Virus record (IMG/VR): IMGVR_UViG_3300023076_000049
Span: 1 to 33,501 of that record
Source: a virus
Lineage: Duplodnaviria > Caudoviricetes
DNA length: 33,501 bases
Strand: one strand, 5' to 3'
Shown here: piece after piece, positions 17,404-25,708 of the stretch
Numbering within the stretch: position 1 is the stretch's first letter
Layout of the letters: the number at the start of each line of letters is the position of its first letter
Position numbers and translations under genes: made by a program
The notes under the pieces: model-generated
What the model was told of the DNA's origin: nothing
Databases searched by the model: none
Seen by the model: the letters and a program-made list of their open reading frames with translations, nothing else

Positions 17404-19419
17404 TCAGCGTCTCTTCAGATAACCGCTCTGTGAACTGCGGCGTTGCTGGGCCGGTGCAGCCGGTCGAGGTTGAGCGACCGGTGCAACGGGTGGCGGCGTG
17501 GGTGGCGGTGTCGGAACGGCCACGGGGATTTCTGCGGCAGGGGCGGCAGGACGCGGTGGAGCGACTGGCTTTTCGTCGAACAGCCCCGCCTGGGCTAGCG
17601 CCTGTCTGATGCGGTCCCAGTCGTGTTCCTTGTAACGGTTGATGCCGAGGTAATGCGCCATCGCCAGGCAATACACCATCAAGTCGAGGGCTTCGTTGCG
17701 CTCCGCCTTGCCCTTCACCCATTCGATGCGCTTGTGACCCCGGATGTAACGGGCAACCTTGCGCTCGGCCACACATTGGGCAAAGAAGTCGTCCGGTAAA
17801 TCGTTGGCAAAGTGCAATGCACCAGGGCCGTCTTCGAAGGGGTAGCGGTTGTATATCCAGTCCTTTGCGGTGTCGGTACCGACAAACCAAAGCTCGGCGC
17901 CGTTGCGCTCTGTCTGGCCCTTCCAGGTCACATCAACCATCGACGGGCGCTGGGCGATCACGGGTTTACCAGGTTTACTCGCGCCTTTGATCGCGAAGAT
18001 ATTGCGCCAACGCCGAACGCGGCAGAACTGATACACCTCGTCTGTGTGGTGACCGCCGGAATCGACGCCAGTTGCCAGAATGGCGAGGCCGACGCCGCAG
18101 GGGTGTCGATACTTCGCCTTGAGCAGCTCATCCAGAACGGCCCAAGTTCGCTCATCAGCAGGGTCGCCCGAGATGACCTTATGGTCGACCACCCAGCGCT
18201 CCATGCCCACGCCCCAGCCCATTACCATCAGCTCAAGGCGATTGGCTTGAACGTCAACCGAGCCTGTAAGCATCAACACACCCGCGGGCATAGACCCGAG
18301 CGAATAGTTTTCCAGTCGCGCCCGCGCCATCAGCACGTCGGCCTTGGTTTGCTCTTGAGCGCTGTCCCAGACCTTTGCCAGTCGAGTGTTGTAAAACACC
18401 TGCATGGGTTCCAGATCGCCCTTGGCCTGTGCCTTTTTTGCCTTCTCGAATTGCTTCGCCAGCGACCGCCAGTCCATCCAGCCCAGCGGTGAATACAACG
18501 CGTTTAGGTTGAAACCAACCGTCTCACCGTCGCCTACAGAGTGAGCTCGCCACTCGCCACGGGCGAGCATGTCGCCTTTGTGGTGCTCCTCGATCAACAC
18601 ATCGCACTCGGGTCCGGCGCACTGATAGTGCACGACGCTGTAATCCGCCGAGTAATGCAGACGCTCCCATTCCAGGACCTGCATGTGTCCGCAAGTCGGG
18701 CACGGCACGTAGTAATAACGCTGGTCGCTGGCTTCGAACAGGTCGGCAATGCGCGAAGCGCCCTTGATCGTCGGGGAGCTGGAGAAATAGAACTTGGCAT
18801 TTCGGCCGAACGTACTGCCCCGCGTTTCAGCCAGTTCGATGGGGTCACCCTCTTCACCCACGTCCACATCCCAGCGGTCGATCTCATCGCCGTAAATGTA
18901 GCGGGCAGACAGTTCGGCGAGGTTGGCCGCCGAACCCGCTGTCGTGACGTACAGTGAACCACCCTCGAACTCTTTAGTGTCCATAGTGTTGCGGGAATCT
19001 CGCGAGCGGTTCGCGGCAACGCGTTCACGCAACACCGGGGTCGCTTTGATGGTCTTGCCTATCCGTGATGACACCCGTTTTGCTAGCCCCAGACTGGGTA
19101 GTAGCGTGAGGATGTTCGAAGGCACCATGTGGATCAGGCCACCAATCCAGTTCAATGCGATCTGGGTTTTCATCAGCTGCGAAGCCACCATGGTGACAAC
19201 GCGTTTGCAAGGGTGGGCCGGTGACAAACAACGCATCGGCTCGCGGGCATAAGGTGTTCGCGAGGTACGATACTGGCCTGGCTCAGCGGCGCCGGTGTCA
19301 CGCGGGATCCGCATGTACTCGTCAGCCCATTCGTCTACCCAAAGATCAGGGTCGGGACGCAGCCCACGGAAATAAGCCTCGCGGTACACCTCTGCACCGT
19401 CAGGGATTTCCGTCTGCAT
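17404..19419 (-). CDS. terL: Terminase large subunit (lambda gpA family)
   Basis: ASQLMKT, YGDEIDRW, SSPT, CPTCG, VDVQ, DSGG and RNEALD motifs. Confidence 0.96.
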   Translation of the reverse strand: MQTEIPDGAEVYREAYFRGLRPDPDLWVDEWADEYMRIPRDTGAAEPGQYRTSRTPYAREPMRCLSPAHPCKRVVTMVASQLMKTQIALNWIGGLIHMVPSNILTLLPSLGLAKRVSSRIGKTIKATPVLRERVAANRSRDSRNTMDTKEFEGGSLYVTTAGSAANLAELSARYIYGDEIDRWDVDVGEEGDPIELAETRGSTFGRNAKFYFSSSPTIKGASRIADLFEASDQRYYYVPCPTCGHMQVLEWERLHYSADYSVVHYQCAGPECDVLIEEHHKGDMLARGEWRAHSVGDGETVGFNLNALYSPLGWMDWRSLAKQFEKAKKAQAKGDLEPMQVFYNTRLAKVWDSAQEQTKADVLMARARLENYSLGSMPAGVLMLTGSVDVQANRLELMVMGWGVGMERWVVDHKVISGDPADERTWAVLDELLKAKYRHPCGVGLAILATGVDSGGHHTDEVYQFCRVRRWRNIFAIKGASKPGKPVIAQRPSMVDVTWKGQTERNGAELWFVGTDTAKDWIYNRYPFEDGPGALHFANDLPDDFFAQCVAERKVARYIRGHKRIEWVKGKAERNEALDLMVYCLAMAHYLGINRYKEHDWDRIRQALAQAGLFDEKPVAPPRPAAPAAEIPVAVPTPPPTPPPVAPVAQPRPAAPAQQRRSSQSGYLKRR

Positions 19420-19423
19420 AGGG

Positions 19424-20032
19424 TCAACTCGTTGTGATTACTGCATGGGCAAGGTCAGCCGAGGACATACGCTCAGCATCATCCAATGAACGGCGAATCG
19501 CTGCCGTCAGGTGCCGTTCGATTTCCCAGGGGTCGGTCATTGAGGCCAGTTCGGGTGCCAATTGCGGCGGCATGCCGAGTAGCTGATCTCGAAGCAAGCG
19601 GCCAGCGTTGTAGGCGGCGGTTTTGACCGAGGCCATTTCGACCTGAGAACCCTGGACCTTGTGGAACTCCGCCTCGGCCAACTGCGCCAGGTAGTACTCG
19701 CGATGCGCGCGAGCCTTCTGAAAGTCGGGCTGGTTACCCACCGGGGCGATTGGTGCCAGAGGGGCAGCCGAAGGCAGAGTTGATTCAGCTGTCGGAGAGA
19801 GTTGATTTAAAACTCCCCGCTGAACCCTGTCCTGTTGGTGCCGGGCAGCCACAGCGGCCTTGCTTGGGTCGGCGGTTTCCGCAATCAGAGCTTCGGTCGC
19901 GAGGACATCGACCTGTTTACCGTCCGGCGTTAACACCAAACGGTTGTTGTCTTTGAGCCAGGTGATGTAACTCGGCGACCGGCCAATCCTCGCCGCGAAG
20001 GCGCTTTTTGACAGGTATAACGACTCTGCCAT
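19424..20032 (-). CDS. terS: Terminase small subunit
   Basis: N-terminal HTH (SKSAFAARIGRSPSYITWL) plus coiled coil; directly upstream of terL. Confidence 0.88.
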   Translation of the reverse strand: MAESLYLSKSAFAARIGRSPSYITWLKDNNRLVLTPDGKQVDVLATEALIAETADPSKAAVAARHQQDRVQRGVLNQLSPTAESTLPSAAPLAPIAPVGNQPDFQKARAHREYYLAQLAEAEFHKVQGSQVEMASVKTAAYNAGRLLRDQLLGMPPQLAPELASMTDPWEIERHLTAAIRRSLDDAERMSSADLAHAVITTS

Positions 20033-20039
20033 AAGTCCT

Positions 20040-20170
20040 CCATTTCAACGGGATTTCAATCAAATCCTTTCAATTTCAATGCATTGAATTTCAGTAAGCT
20101 GGCAACCCTGCGGCTAACAGTTTCCCGCGGGTTTCCTGCCCCGTACCCTCGGAAATCCCCCAGGGTCCCC
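20040..20170 (-). other. Lambda-like cos region; predicted cohesive end GGGCAGGAAACC (20141-20130)
   Basis: Minus strand GGGACCC..GGTACG-GGGCAGGAAACC-CGCGGG parallels lambda GGGTCCT..GTTACG-GGGCGGCGACCT-CGCGGG. Five TGAAA repeats follow before terS. Confidence 0.65.
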
Positions 20171-20201
20171 TCGGATTTTCCGGGCTGGGTTCGGGACCAA
20201 C

Positions 20202-20549
20202 TTACTGACCCGGTTCGCCATTGGCGGGAGGCACCGCCGAAACGCCAAGTCGCTTGGCGGCCCAGCGCTCGTACAACCCGATGGCAACATCGGCACCTGC
20301 CATCGCGGTCAGGCAACCGAAGCCACCCGCCGTCCAGATCGAAACACCCGCAGCGTACAGCAACATCATCGTCGACAACCCGCAGACCACACAGGCACCG
20401 GATCGAAGGGCGAGTCGCCGAACCAGCGACCAGCCGTGCATCCCGTCTTTGTCTGCTCGCCACATCTCGCCCGATACGCCGCCGACCAGGGCTAGGACGA
20501 TCACTAACCAGATCGGCATTTCTGCCAACGCTTGTTGCTCTGTTGTCAT
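20202..20549 (-). CDS. Holin (pyocin PA0614-like)
   Basis: Three hydrophobic segments, GGVSGEMWRADK and basic C-terminus; first gene of the late region. Confidence 0.88.
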   Translation of the reverse strand: MTTEQQALAEMPIWLVIVLALVGGVSGEMWRADKDGMHGWSLVRRLALRSGACVVCGLSTMMLLYAAGVSIWTAGGFGCLTAMAGADVAIGLYERWAAKRLGVSAVPPANGEPGQ

Positions 20550-20568
20550 TGCCCCGCCCCTTAAACGC

Positions 20569-20594
20569 AAAAACCCGGCGCAATGGCCGGGTTT
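20569..20594 (-). terminator. tR'-like terminator before holin
   Basis: Minus strand AAACCCGGC-CATTGC-GCCGGGTTT-TT. Confidence 0.7.
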
Positions 20595-20646
20595 GGTGGT
20601 GTGGTGCCTGCCGCTCTATGCGGTCGCACCTATCGAAGATGACTAC

Positions 20647-20675
20647 TTTTTACAGGTCGATTCCGGTGGCAGCAA
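20647..20675 (-). promoter_or_regulatory. Putative late promoter (pR'-like)
   Basis: Minus strand TTGCTG-17 nt-TAAAAA upstream of the terminator and holin. GTGAATATCT direct repeats lie at 20696 and 20728. Confidence 0.45.
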
Positions 20676-20765
20676 GCCTGTTTTAATGCCACCCGGTGAA
20701 TATCTGGTCAACGTCTAGGCAATGTACGTGAATATCTCAAATTCGGCTTCCAGCGCCTCCGGCGC

Positions 20766-21045
20766 TGTCCGGGCTGTCCTACTTTTCGAATCGAAGTAGG
20801 ACACCTGAGAGCACCTAAATTCGGGGGGTTGCCTTACTGTCCTACCTTTTATTACTTCTTTCTCCCGTAAAGAGGGAAAGCTTAAAACACGCTCACGCGC
20901 ACAAGCGCGTGTACGACTCTCGCTATGCTCACACATGAGCGTTGTGTGCGCGGAAAGTTGGACGGTAGGACAGAGCAATGAAAGCGCGGCCCGTGCTCGT
21001 CCGACTGCGTACTGTTGCAGTGGGACAAGCCGAGCCAGTAGGACA
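20766..21045. repeat. Symmetric iteron array (TGTCCTAC), probable replication origin
   Basis: TGTCCTAC at 20775 and 20838; inverted GTAGGACA at 20796, 20965 and 21038; variants at 20766, 20830, 20957, 20998 and 21020. Non-coding and near the primase gene. Confidence 0.65.
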
Positions 21046-21070
21046 AGGGCAGACCGAGCATGGGCTGGCA

Positions 21071-21430
21071 TCAAGCAGCAGCCCCCATCAACATGCCGAA
21101 GATGCAGAGGTGAGCTTCATGCAGGCGCTGGTAATAGGTGTCGCGCCCACAGTCACAGTGGGCATATCGCAGGCGCATATCCACTTCGTAGGTGCAGTAA
21201 TGCTCACGCACCACCTGCTCCAAGAGAGGTTCAAGGTGCTTGGTCACAATCAGCTCGATGTCCAGTGAACCCTCAAGCGGTGCACGGAAAGCACGTCGCC
21301 CGCGAATTAGCTGGCCGTTGCTCTCCATCATCATCGCGACCATGTTGCCGCCTGCGAGACCTCCACTCGTGAAATTGCTATGCAGCTCTTGAGCCCAGGT
21401 ACGTAGGCGTGCATCGATCTCTCTAATCAA
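21071..21430 (-). CDS. PA0613-like putative late regulator / antiterminator with C-terminal HTH
   Basis: GAGGAG SD plus TTG start; IDARLRTWA...VVREHY...CGRDTYYQRLHEAH; Q-equivalent position. Confidence 0.7.
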   Translation of the reverse strand: MIREIDARLRTWAQELHSNFTSGGLAGGNMVAMMMESNGQLIRGRRAFRAPLEGSLDIELIVTKHLEPLLEQVVREHYCTYEVDMRLRYAHCDCGRDTYYQRLHEAHLCIFGMLMGAAA

Positions 21431-23639
21431 AGCACGGCTCCTCGAACTGCTCCTGCACCAGGTTCGACGACCTCCCCCAATCGGCGGGTTTCTTATAGGC
21501 CCAAGGCCGCTGCCCACTTTTAGGTAGAGCCGCAAGCCGGACCTTACGCCAGCCGAGACGATGCATGATCGCCCCAACACGCATTTGCTCGGGTTTGCCC
21601 CAGTGACCGAGGTCGAGCTTGAGAGGACCAGCAAGAATCTCGCTGCCAGTGGCTGTTTCGCCGATCTGCGAGTTCTCCAGCCAATCCAGGATTGGACCTT
21701 CCCACTCGTCCACCACGAACCGCTCTTCCTGTGCGTCCGCAAACAAGGTCGACTCTTCCCGGTTAACCCACCAGATGTCTCCAGATTGATAGCAGAACAT
21801 CGCTTCAGCCCAGAGCTGGTCGCGAACCTCTCTCAGCTTGTCCAGATCCACCTTGGTACACGCCACCGGCCAGTAACGTCGGTTGCCTGTGGCATCTTTG
21901 AGATATTCGTCTTGGTTGGTCGTACCCACGAAAACACACTGGCGTGGCACGTCCATCGTTCTGCGGCCATAGCTCTCGCGGTATGTGTCGGTCGAGGCTG
22001 AGAAGAACTGCTTGGCCTTCGTCGATTCAGCTTTATTGAAGCTGTCCAGCTCGCCGAGCTCGACGATCCATTTACCACGTATGGCCTGAAACCCATCCTT
22101 GTCGCCCAAGGCAAAGGGAGTGTCCATGAACCACTCGCCCCCCAGCACACTCATCGCCGTAGACTTACCAGCACCTTGCGCGCCCTCAAGAATCATCACC
22201 GAGTCGGCCTTGCAGCCTGGCTTCATGACCCGACCAACCGCTGATACCAACCAGCGCTTGCCCACCTTTGAGCTGTATTCCGTGGGAGCGACACCCATGA
22301 TTTCAGTCAACCAGGCCTCAATGCGTGGCACACGATCCCACTCCAGGGCGTTCAGATAATTGCGCACCGGGTGGAATGCATGATCGTGTGCGACCACGCT
22401 CACAGCCTCGATCACGCTGGTGGCTTTGACCCGCAGGTTGTATTGCTGCGCCAGCCACTTCATGACCAACATGTCATCGATGTCTGCCCAATCGCCCACA
22501 CCGCCGCCATAAGGCGCAGCACGCAGCTTGACGATCTTGGAGCTGAAAGCACTAAAGCCGATGACACCAGCCCAGCGCTCGTCGTTACCGAGGATCAGCT
22601 CAACGTTCTGCATGTGCGCAATCAACATACCGTTCTCGGTACGGGCCAGTTGGTCTTTCCAACCGCCCGCAGCTGGTGGTTTGACCACCGCCAACACCTG
22701 ACGGCGAACAGCCTCTAAGCCCTCAGCGCAATGCAGGTCATTGAAGTCCGTCCACTTGTCCTCACGCTCGACGGCAAAGATAGGAGCGACCACCTGACCA
22801 CCGACGACTGTGGCCGCGTTGTCGGCCTTCTCTTTACCAGGGTTCCAGGCATCGCCATTAGGGCGCTTGGTCTTCCAATCGTCATCCCGGCAAACAATGA
22901 TCGGACGACCAGGGAAGCGTTCGCGCATGGTCTTGGCGACCGACATCAAATTGCCCGCATCAAAAGCAATCGCGACCGTTAATGAAGTCGCCATATGCAG
23001 GCTTGCGCCGGTAGCGAATCCTTCACACACCAACACTGGCTCACCCGGCTCAGGGTGCGGCCCGATCAAATGGAAAGCGCCCTCCTTCGACATCCCGTAA
23101 GGCCAGTAGGATTTATCCCGCCCCGTGCTTTCTTGTTTCTCAGGGTAGATCACCTGCAGACCGACGATCTGGTCACGCGCATCACACATCGGAACCAAAA
23201 CCGCGCCGGAGCGCGGAGCATAACGAACACCAAAACCGACGATCTGCTTTCGATCCAGATAAACGCTACGCCCCTTATCAGGCATCCGTTTGAACATTCC
23301 AGCGGCACGGTTAGCAGCGCGCCTCGCCGCGTTGGCCGCAACCTCAGCAGCCCTTCGCTTGGCCTCTTCCTGCCGAGCGCGCATGACCTCACGTTCTTCG
23401 GCGCTCATCTTGCCCGCCTTGACCTTGATCTTATGCGTCTCGCCCGAACGCCAGTCGCCAAAGCTGCCAAAAATCAGCGCATCGCCCTTCTCGGTACGAT
23501 GCTCATGCACTACATACCATCCGTTCTTTTCAGTCCCCTTATCCTGAGAAGTCTTGCAGCGGGTCAGCTTGGCAAAAACCAAGGGCTGCTGGGGCTCCAA
23601 GCCGTAGTCCGCGAACTGGTTCAGCACCTCATCGAGCAT
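21423..23639 (-). CDS. Toprim primase fused to VapE-type helicase
   Basis: CEGFATG, DDD and TDFNDL (Toprim); Walker A GAQGAGKST; FVGTTN and DATGNRRYWP. Confidence 0.93.
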   Translation of the reverse strand: MLDEVLNQFADYGLEPQQPLVFAKLTRCKTSQDKGTEKNGWYVVHEHRTEKGDALIFGSFGDWRSGETHKIKVKAGKMSAEEREVMRARQEEAKRRAAEVAANAARRAANRAAGMFKRMPDKGRSVYLDRKQIVGFGVRYAPRSGAVLVPMCDARDQIVGLQVIYPEKQESTGRDKSYWPYGMSKEGAFHLIGPHPEPGEPVLVCEGFATGASLHMATSLTVAIAFDAGNLMSVAKTMRERFPGRPIIVCRDDDWKTKRPNGDAWNPGKEKADNAATVVGGQVVAPIFAVEREDKWTDFNDLHCAEGLEAVRRQVLAVVKPPAAGGWKDQLARTENGMLIAHMQNVELILGNDERWAGVIGFSAFSSKIVKLRAAPYGGGVGDWADIDDMLVMKWLAQQYNLRVKATSVIEAVSVVAHDHAFHPVRNYLNALEWDRVPRIEAWLTEIMGVAPTEYSSKVGKRWLVSAVGRVMKPGCKADSVMILEGAQGAGKSTAMSVLGGEWFMDTPFALGDKDGFQAIRGKWIVELGELDSFNKAESTKAKQFFSASTDTYRESYGRRTMDVPRQCVFVGTTNQDEYLKDATGNRRYWPVACTKVDLDKLREVRDQLWAEAMFCYQSGDIWWVNREESTLFADAQEERFVVDEWEGPILDWLENSQIGETATGSEILAGPLKLDLGHWGKPEQMRVGAIMHRLGWRKVRLAALPKSGQRPWAYKKPADWGRSSNLVQEQFEEPCFD

Positions 23640-23856
23640 GGCGAGCCCCAACAACCTCATCGATGGACTGGCAGGTCACACACTGAGTGCAGCCGGGCAC
23701 AGCCAAACGGCGAGCCGATGGAATCGGGTCATCACAGCTTTCGCAGAAAAGGAAGGAGTGAGCCGCTACAACAGACTTGGCAAGGGTACGCGCGGCCAGC
23801 GCCTGATCGAGCCGCTCCTGCACGAGGTCATTGGCGAAATCAGCAATATCAGCCAC
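23629..23856 (-). CDS. TraR/DksA C4 zinc-finger protein (PtrB-like)
   Basis: GTG start, N-terminal ADIADFA (DxxD), CESC...IPSARRLAVPGCTQCVTCQ. Confidence 0.9.
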   Translation of the reverse strand: MADIADFANDLVQERLDQALAARTLAKSVVAAHSFLFCESCDDPIPSARRLAVPGCTQCVTCQSIDEVVGARHAR

Positions 23857-24367
23857 GAGCCACCCCCTTAGTCGTTTGGTTGACGTAAGAGGCGCGGTTG
23901 TACATCCCCAACAGCCCTTGGATACCTCGGAAAACCTGCTGACGGATTTCCGCAAGCTCACCATCCTCGACCCGGCCATCGCCAATGTGCTTGGCCCAGG
24001 TCTCGGACAAATCAGCGACTTGACGGAAGAATGACGCGATGCCTGACGTAAGGGTTTCAGGCATGTCACCGGTGTAGGTTTCAGCAAGATCCTGCCAGAT
24101 GGTATCGCCGACCAAGGCATGGACGGCATCCAGGATCCGGCGATCCTTAGTCAGCTCCAGAATTTCAGCAAACTCTTGGATGTTGACAGTGTGGCTCGGG
24201 TGGGTGGGAGAGAGCTTGTGCTGCAAGGTGGTCGCATTGCGGCCGGTGGTGGCAGCAATAGCAGCGGCACCACCAGGATAATCCCGGGCAGCGTGGTAAA
24301 GCGCGAGATCGAGCGGCAGAATTTCCCGCTTTGCACGATCAACGCTATTGAGAGCAATTCGGCTCAT
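23849..24367 (-). CDS. Phage regulatory CII-family protein
   Basis: YPGGAAAIA...TLQHKLSP HTH and DGRVEDGE; downstream of cro. Confidence 0.8.
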   Translation of the reverse strand: MSRIALNSVDRAKREILPLDLALYHAARDYPGGAAAIAATTGRNATTLQHKLSPTHPSHTVNIQEFAEILELTKDRRILDAVHALVGDTIWQDLAETYTGDMPETLTSGIASFFRQVADLSETWAKHIGDGRVEDGELAEIRQQVFRGIQGLLGMYNRASYVNQTTKGVARG

Positions 24368-24389
24368 GGCATTAATCCTTAAAAGTTGC

Positions 24390-24692
24390 CAGTGCCGCGC
24401 GACATGTAGTGGTGATACATTTGCCGCGTGGCTGAGAGGCCCAAACGCCGATAAGGTCCGCAAGACCGAAACCGGCACCGTGCCGAGGCAAACGATCCGT
24501 CGTTCACCTCTGGCGCATTAGCTGCCCGCTCTGTGGTGGAAGAGGCAGCAACACCAAGGCATCCGTGCCTCGGAAAGCGCAATGATGGTCGACGGTTTGC
24601 ATGTGGTGTGCCCGTCTATCTTCATTACGACCCGACAGCGCTGTGGTGGTGCGTGCCGGGAGGAACTGGGCGGCCCATGGGTCGCCTTTTTT
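24390..24692. ncRNA. Candidate structured RNA in the cro-cII intergenic region
   Basis: Almost continuous stem-loops, four with GTGGTG/CACCAC loops; plus-strand terminator at the right end. Confidence 0.5.
24669..24692 (+). terminator. Intrinsic terminator on the strand antisense to cro/cII
   Basis: GGCGGCC-CATG-GGTCGCC-TTTTTT. Confidence 0.65.
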
Positions 24693-24696
24693 CTAG

Positions 24697-24930
24697 CTAT
24701 GCGGTTTGTCGAGACGGAGGTGTTTCAGTGACTCCAAAATGCTCAAGGACCTCGAGGATCGATACCCGCCCCCCGCTTTCGCGTGCCAAGGCTTTGATCA
24801 GCGATACGCTTGGGTCCTTGCTTGCGTATTTTACGTGCAGACGTAGATAGCTAGACGAAATCCCACAGCGTGCTGCGTACCTTGTTACGCCGTCCTGATC
24901 TAATGATGTGATGTATTCAGGTAATGTCAT
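24697..24930 (-). CDS. cro: Cro-like HTH regulator
   Basis: 77 aa HTH (YAARCGISSSYL...PS), GGAGG SD, divergent from the repressor. Confidence 0.85.
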   Translation of the reverse strand: MTLPEYITSLDQDGVTRYAARCGISSSYLRLHVKYASKDPSVSLIKALARESGGRVSILEVLEHFGVTETPPSRQTA

Positions 24931-24951
24931 TGATGTACCTCCCGAACGAAA

Positions 24952-25010
24952 GTTAACCCTTAAGGTTAACCATTGCAACACCTATGTGGACATTCACCTC
25001 AAAGGTTAAT
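24952..25010. promoter_or_regulatory. OR: two repressor operators, TTAACC-N5-GGTTAA
   Basis: TTAACCcttaaGGTTAA (24953-24969) and TTCACCtcaaaGGTTAA (24993-25009). Confidence 0.85.
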
Positions 25011-25027
25011 CCCGCCAAAATCCGATG

Positions 25028-25675
25028 ATGAAAATCTCAGATACTCGATTGCAAAATTTCCGGCGAATTATGGTGGAACGAAACCTTCGCCTGACTGACA
25101 TAGCTGACCTTTTGGGCAAGGCTCCTGCTCAGGTGAGCGCTTTTGGGGGCAAGAATCCTACGAAAGGAATCGGCGACCAGATAGCTCGTGAGATTGAGAA
25201 AGCTCTTGATCTTCACAATGGCTATCTAGATATGCCTTTCGGGTTAGGTGAGTTCAACAACGCGACGGTGCTGAGCCGCACAGGACGAAAATTACCAGTG
25301 ATGGGATCCATAGCAGCTGGAGCTTGGTGCGAACCGGCATTAAATTTTGATCCTGAAGATGCAGAAGAATGGATTGATGCTCCTGGCCCCGTTGGGCCAA
25401 GAGCATTCATATTAAGGATCGAGGGTGTCAGCATGGAACCCAAATTTGTTGAAGGCGATAAAATCGTCATCGATCCCGACCTCGAGGCTCTGCCTGGCCA
25501 TTATGTCGCAGCTAAACGGACAAGGGATCAAGCTGCAACGCTCAAGCAATTAAAGCAGGAAGGCAATGAGCAGTACCTCTACGCATTGAATCCAGACTGG
25601 CCAGAGCGAATCATCCACATGACAGAAGAGTGGAGTATTTGCGGTCGCGCCCGCTGGAAAATTTCAGACCTTTAA
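25028..25675 (+). CDS. cI: CI/PrtR-like repressor (HTH plus S24 autopeptidase)
   Basis: N-terminal HTH, IAAG cleavage site, GVSMEP serine and ATLKQL lysine. The start is at 25025 or 25028. Confidence 0.93.
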   Translation: MKISDTRLQNFRRIMVERNLRLTDIADLLGKAPAQVSAFGGKNPTKGIGDQIAREIEKALDLHNGYLDMPFGLGEFNNATVLSRTGRKLPVMGSIAAGAWCEPALNFDPEDAEEWIDAPGPVGPRAFILRIEGVSMEPKFVEGDKIVIDPDLEALPGHYVAAKRTRDQAATLKQLKQEGNEQYLYALNPDWPERIIHMTEEWSICGRARWKISDL

Positions 25676-25708
25676 ACACTTAGCTCTGCTTCAAGAAAAG
25701 GATAGCAA

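Noticed and set aside
20766-21045. CRISPR array
   Set aside because: Repeats are 8 bp, in both orientations and irregularly spaced, with no cas genes.
673-23888. Many long plus-strand ORFs opposite structural genes (e.g. 6292-7257, 22995-23888, 3326-4048)
   Set aside because: Antisense shadows typical of high-GC coding DNA, with no motifs or ribosome-binding sites.
24455-24490. Hammerhead-ribozyme-like pattern (CCGATAA-GGTC-CGCAA-GACC-GAAAC)
   Set aside because: The core has two mismatches to CUGAUGA, there is no NUH cleavage triplet after stem III, and there is no stem I.
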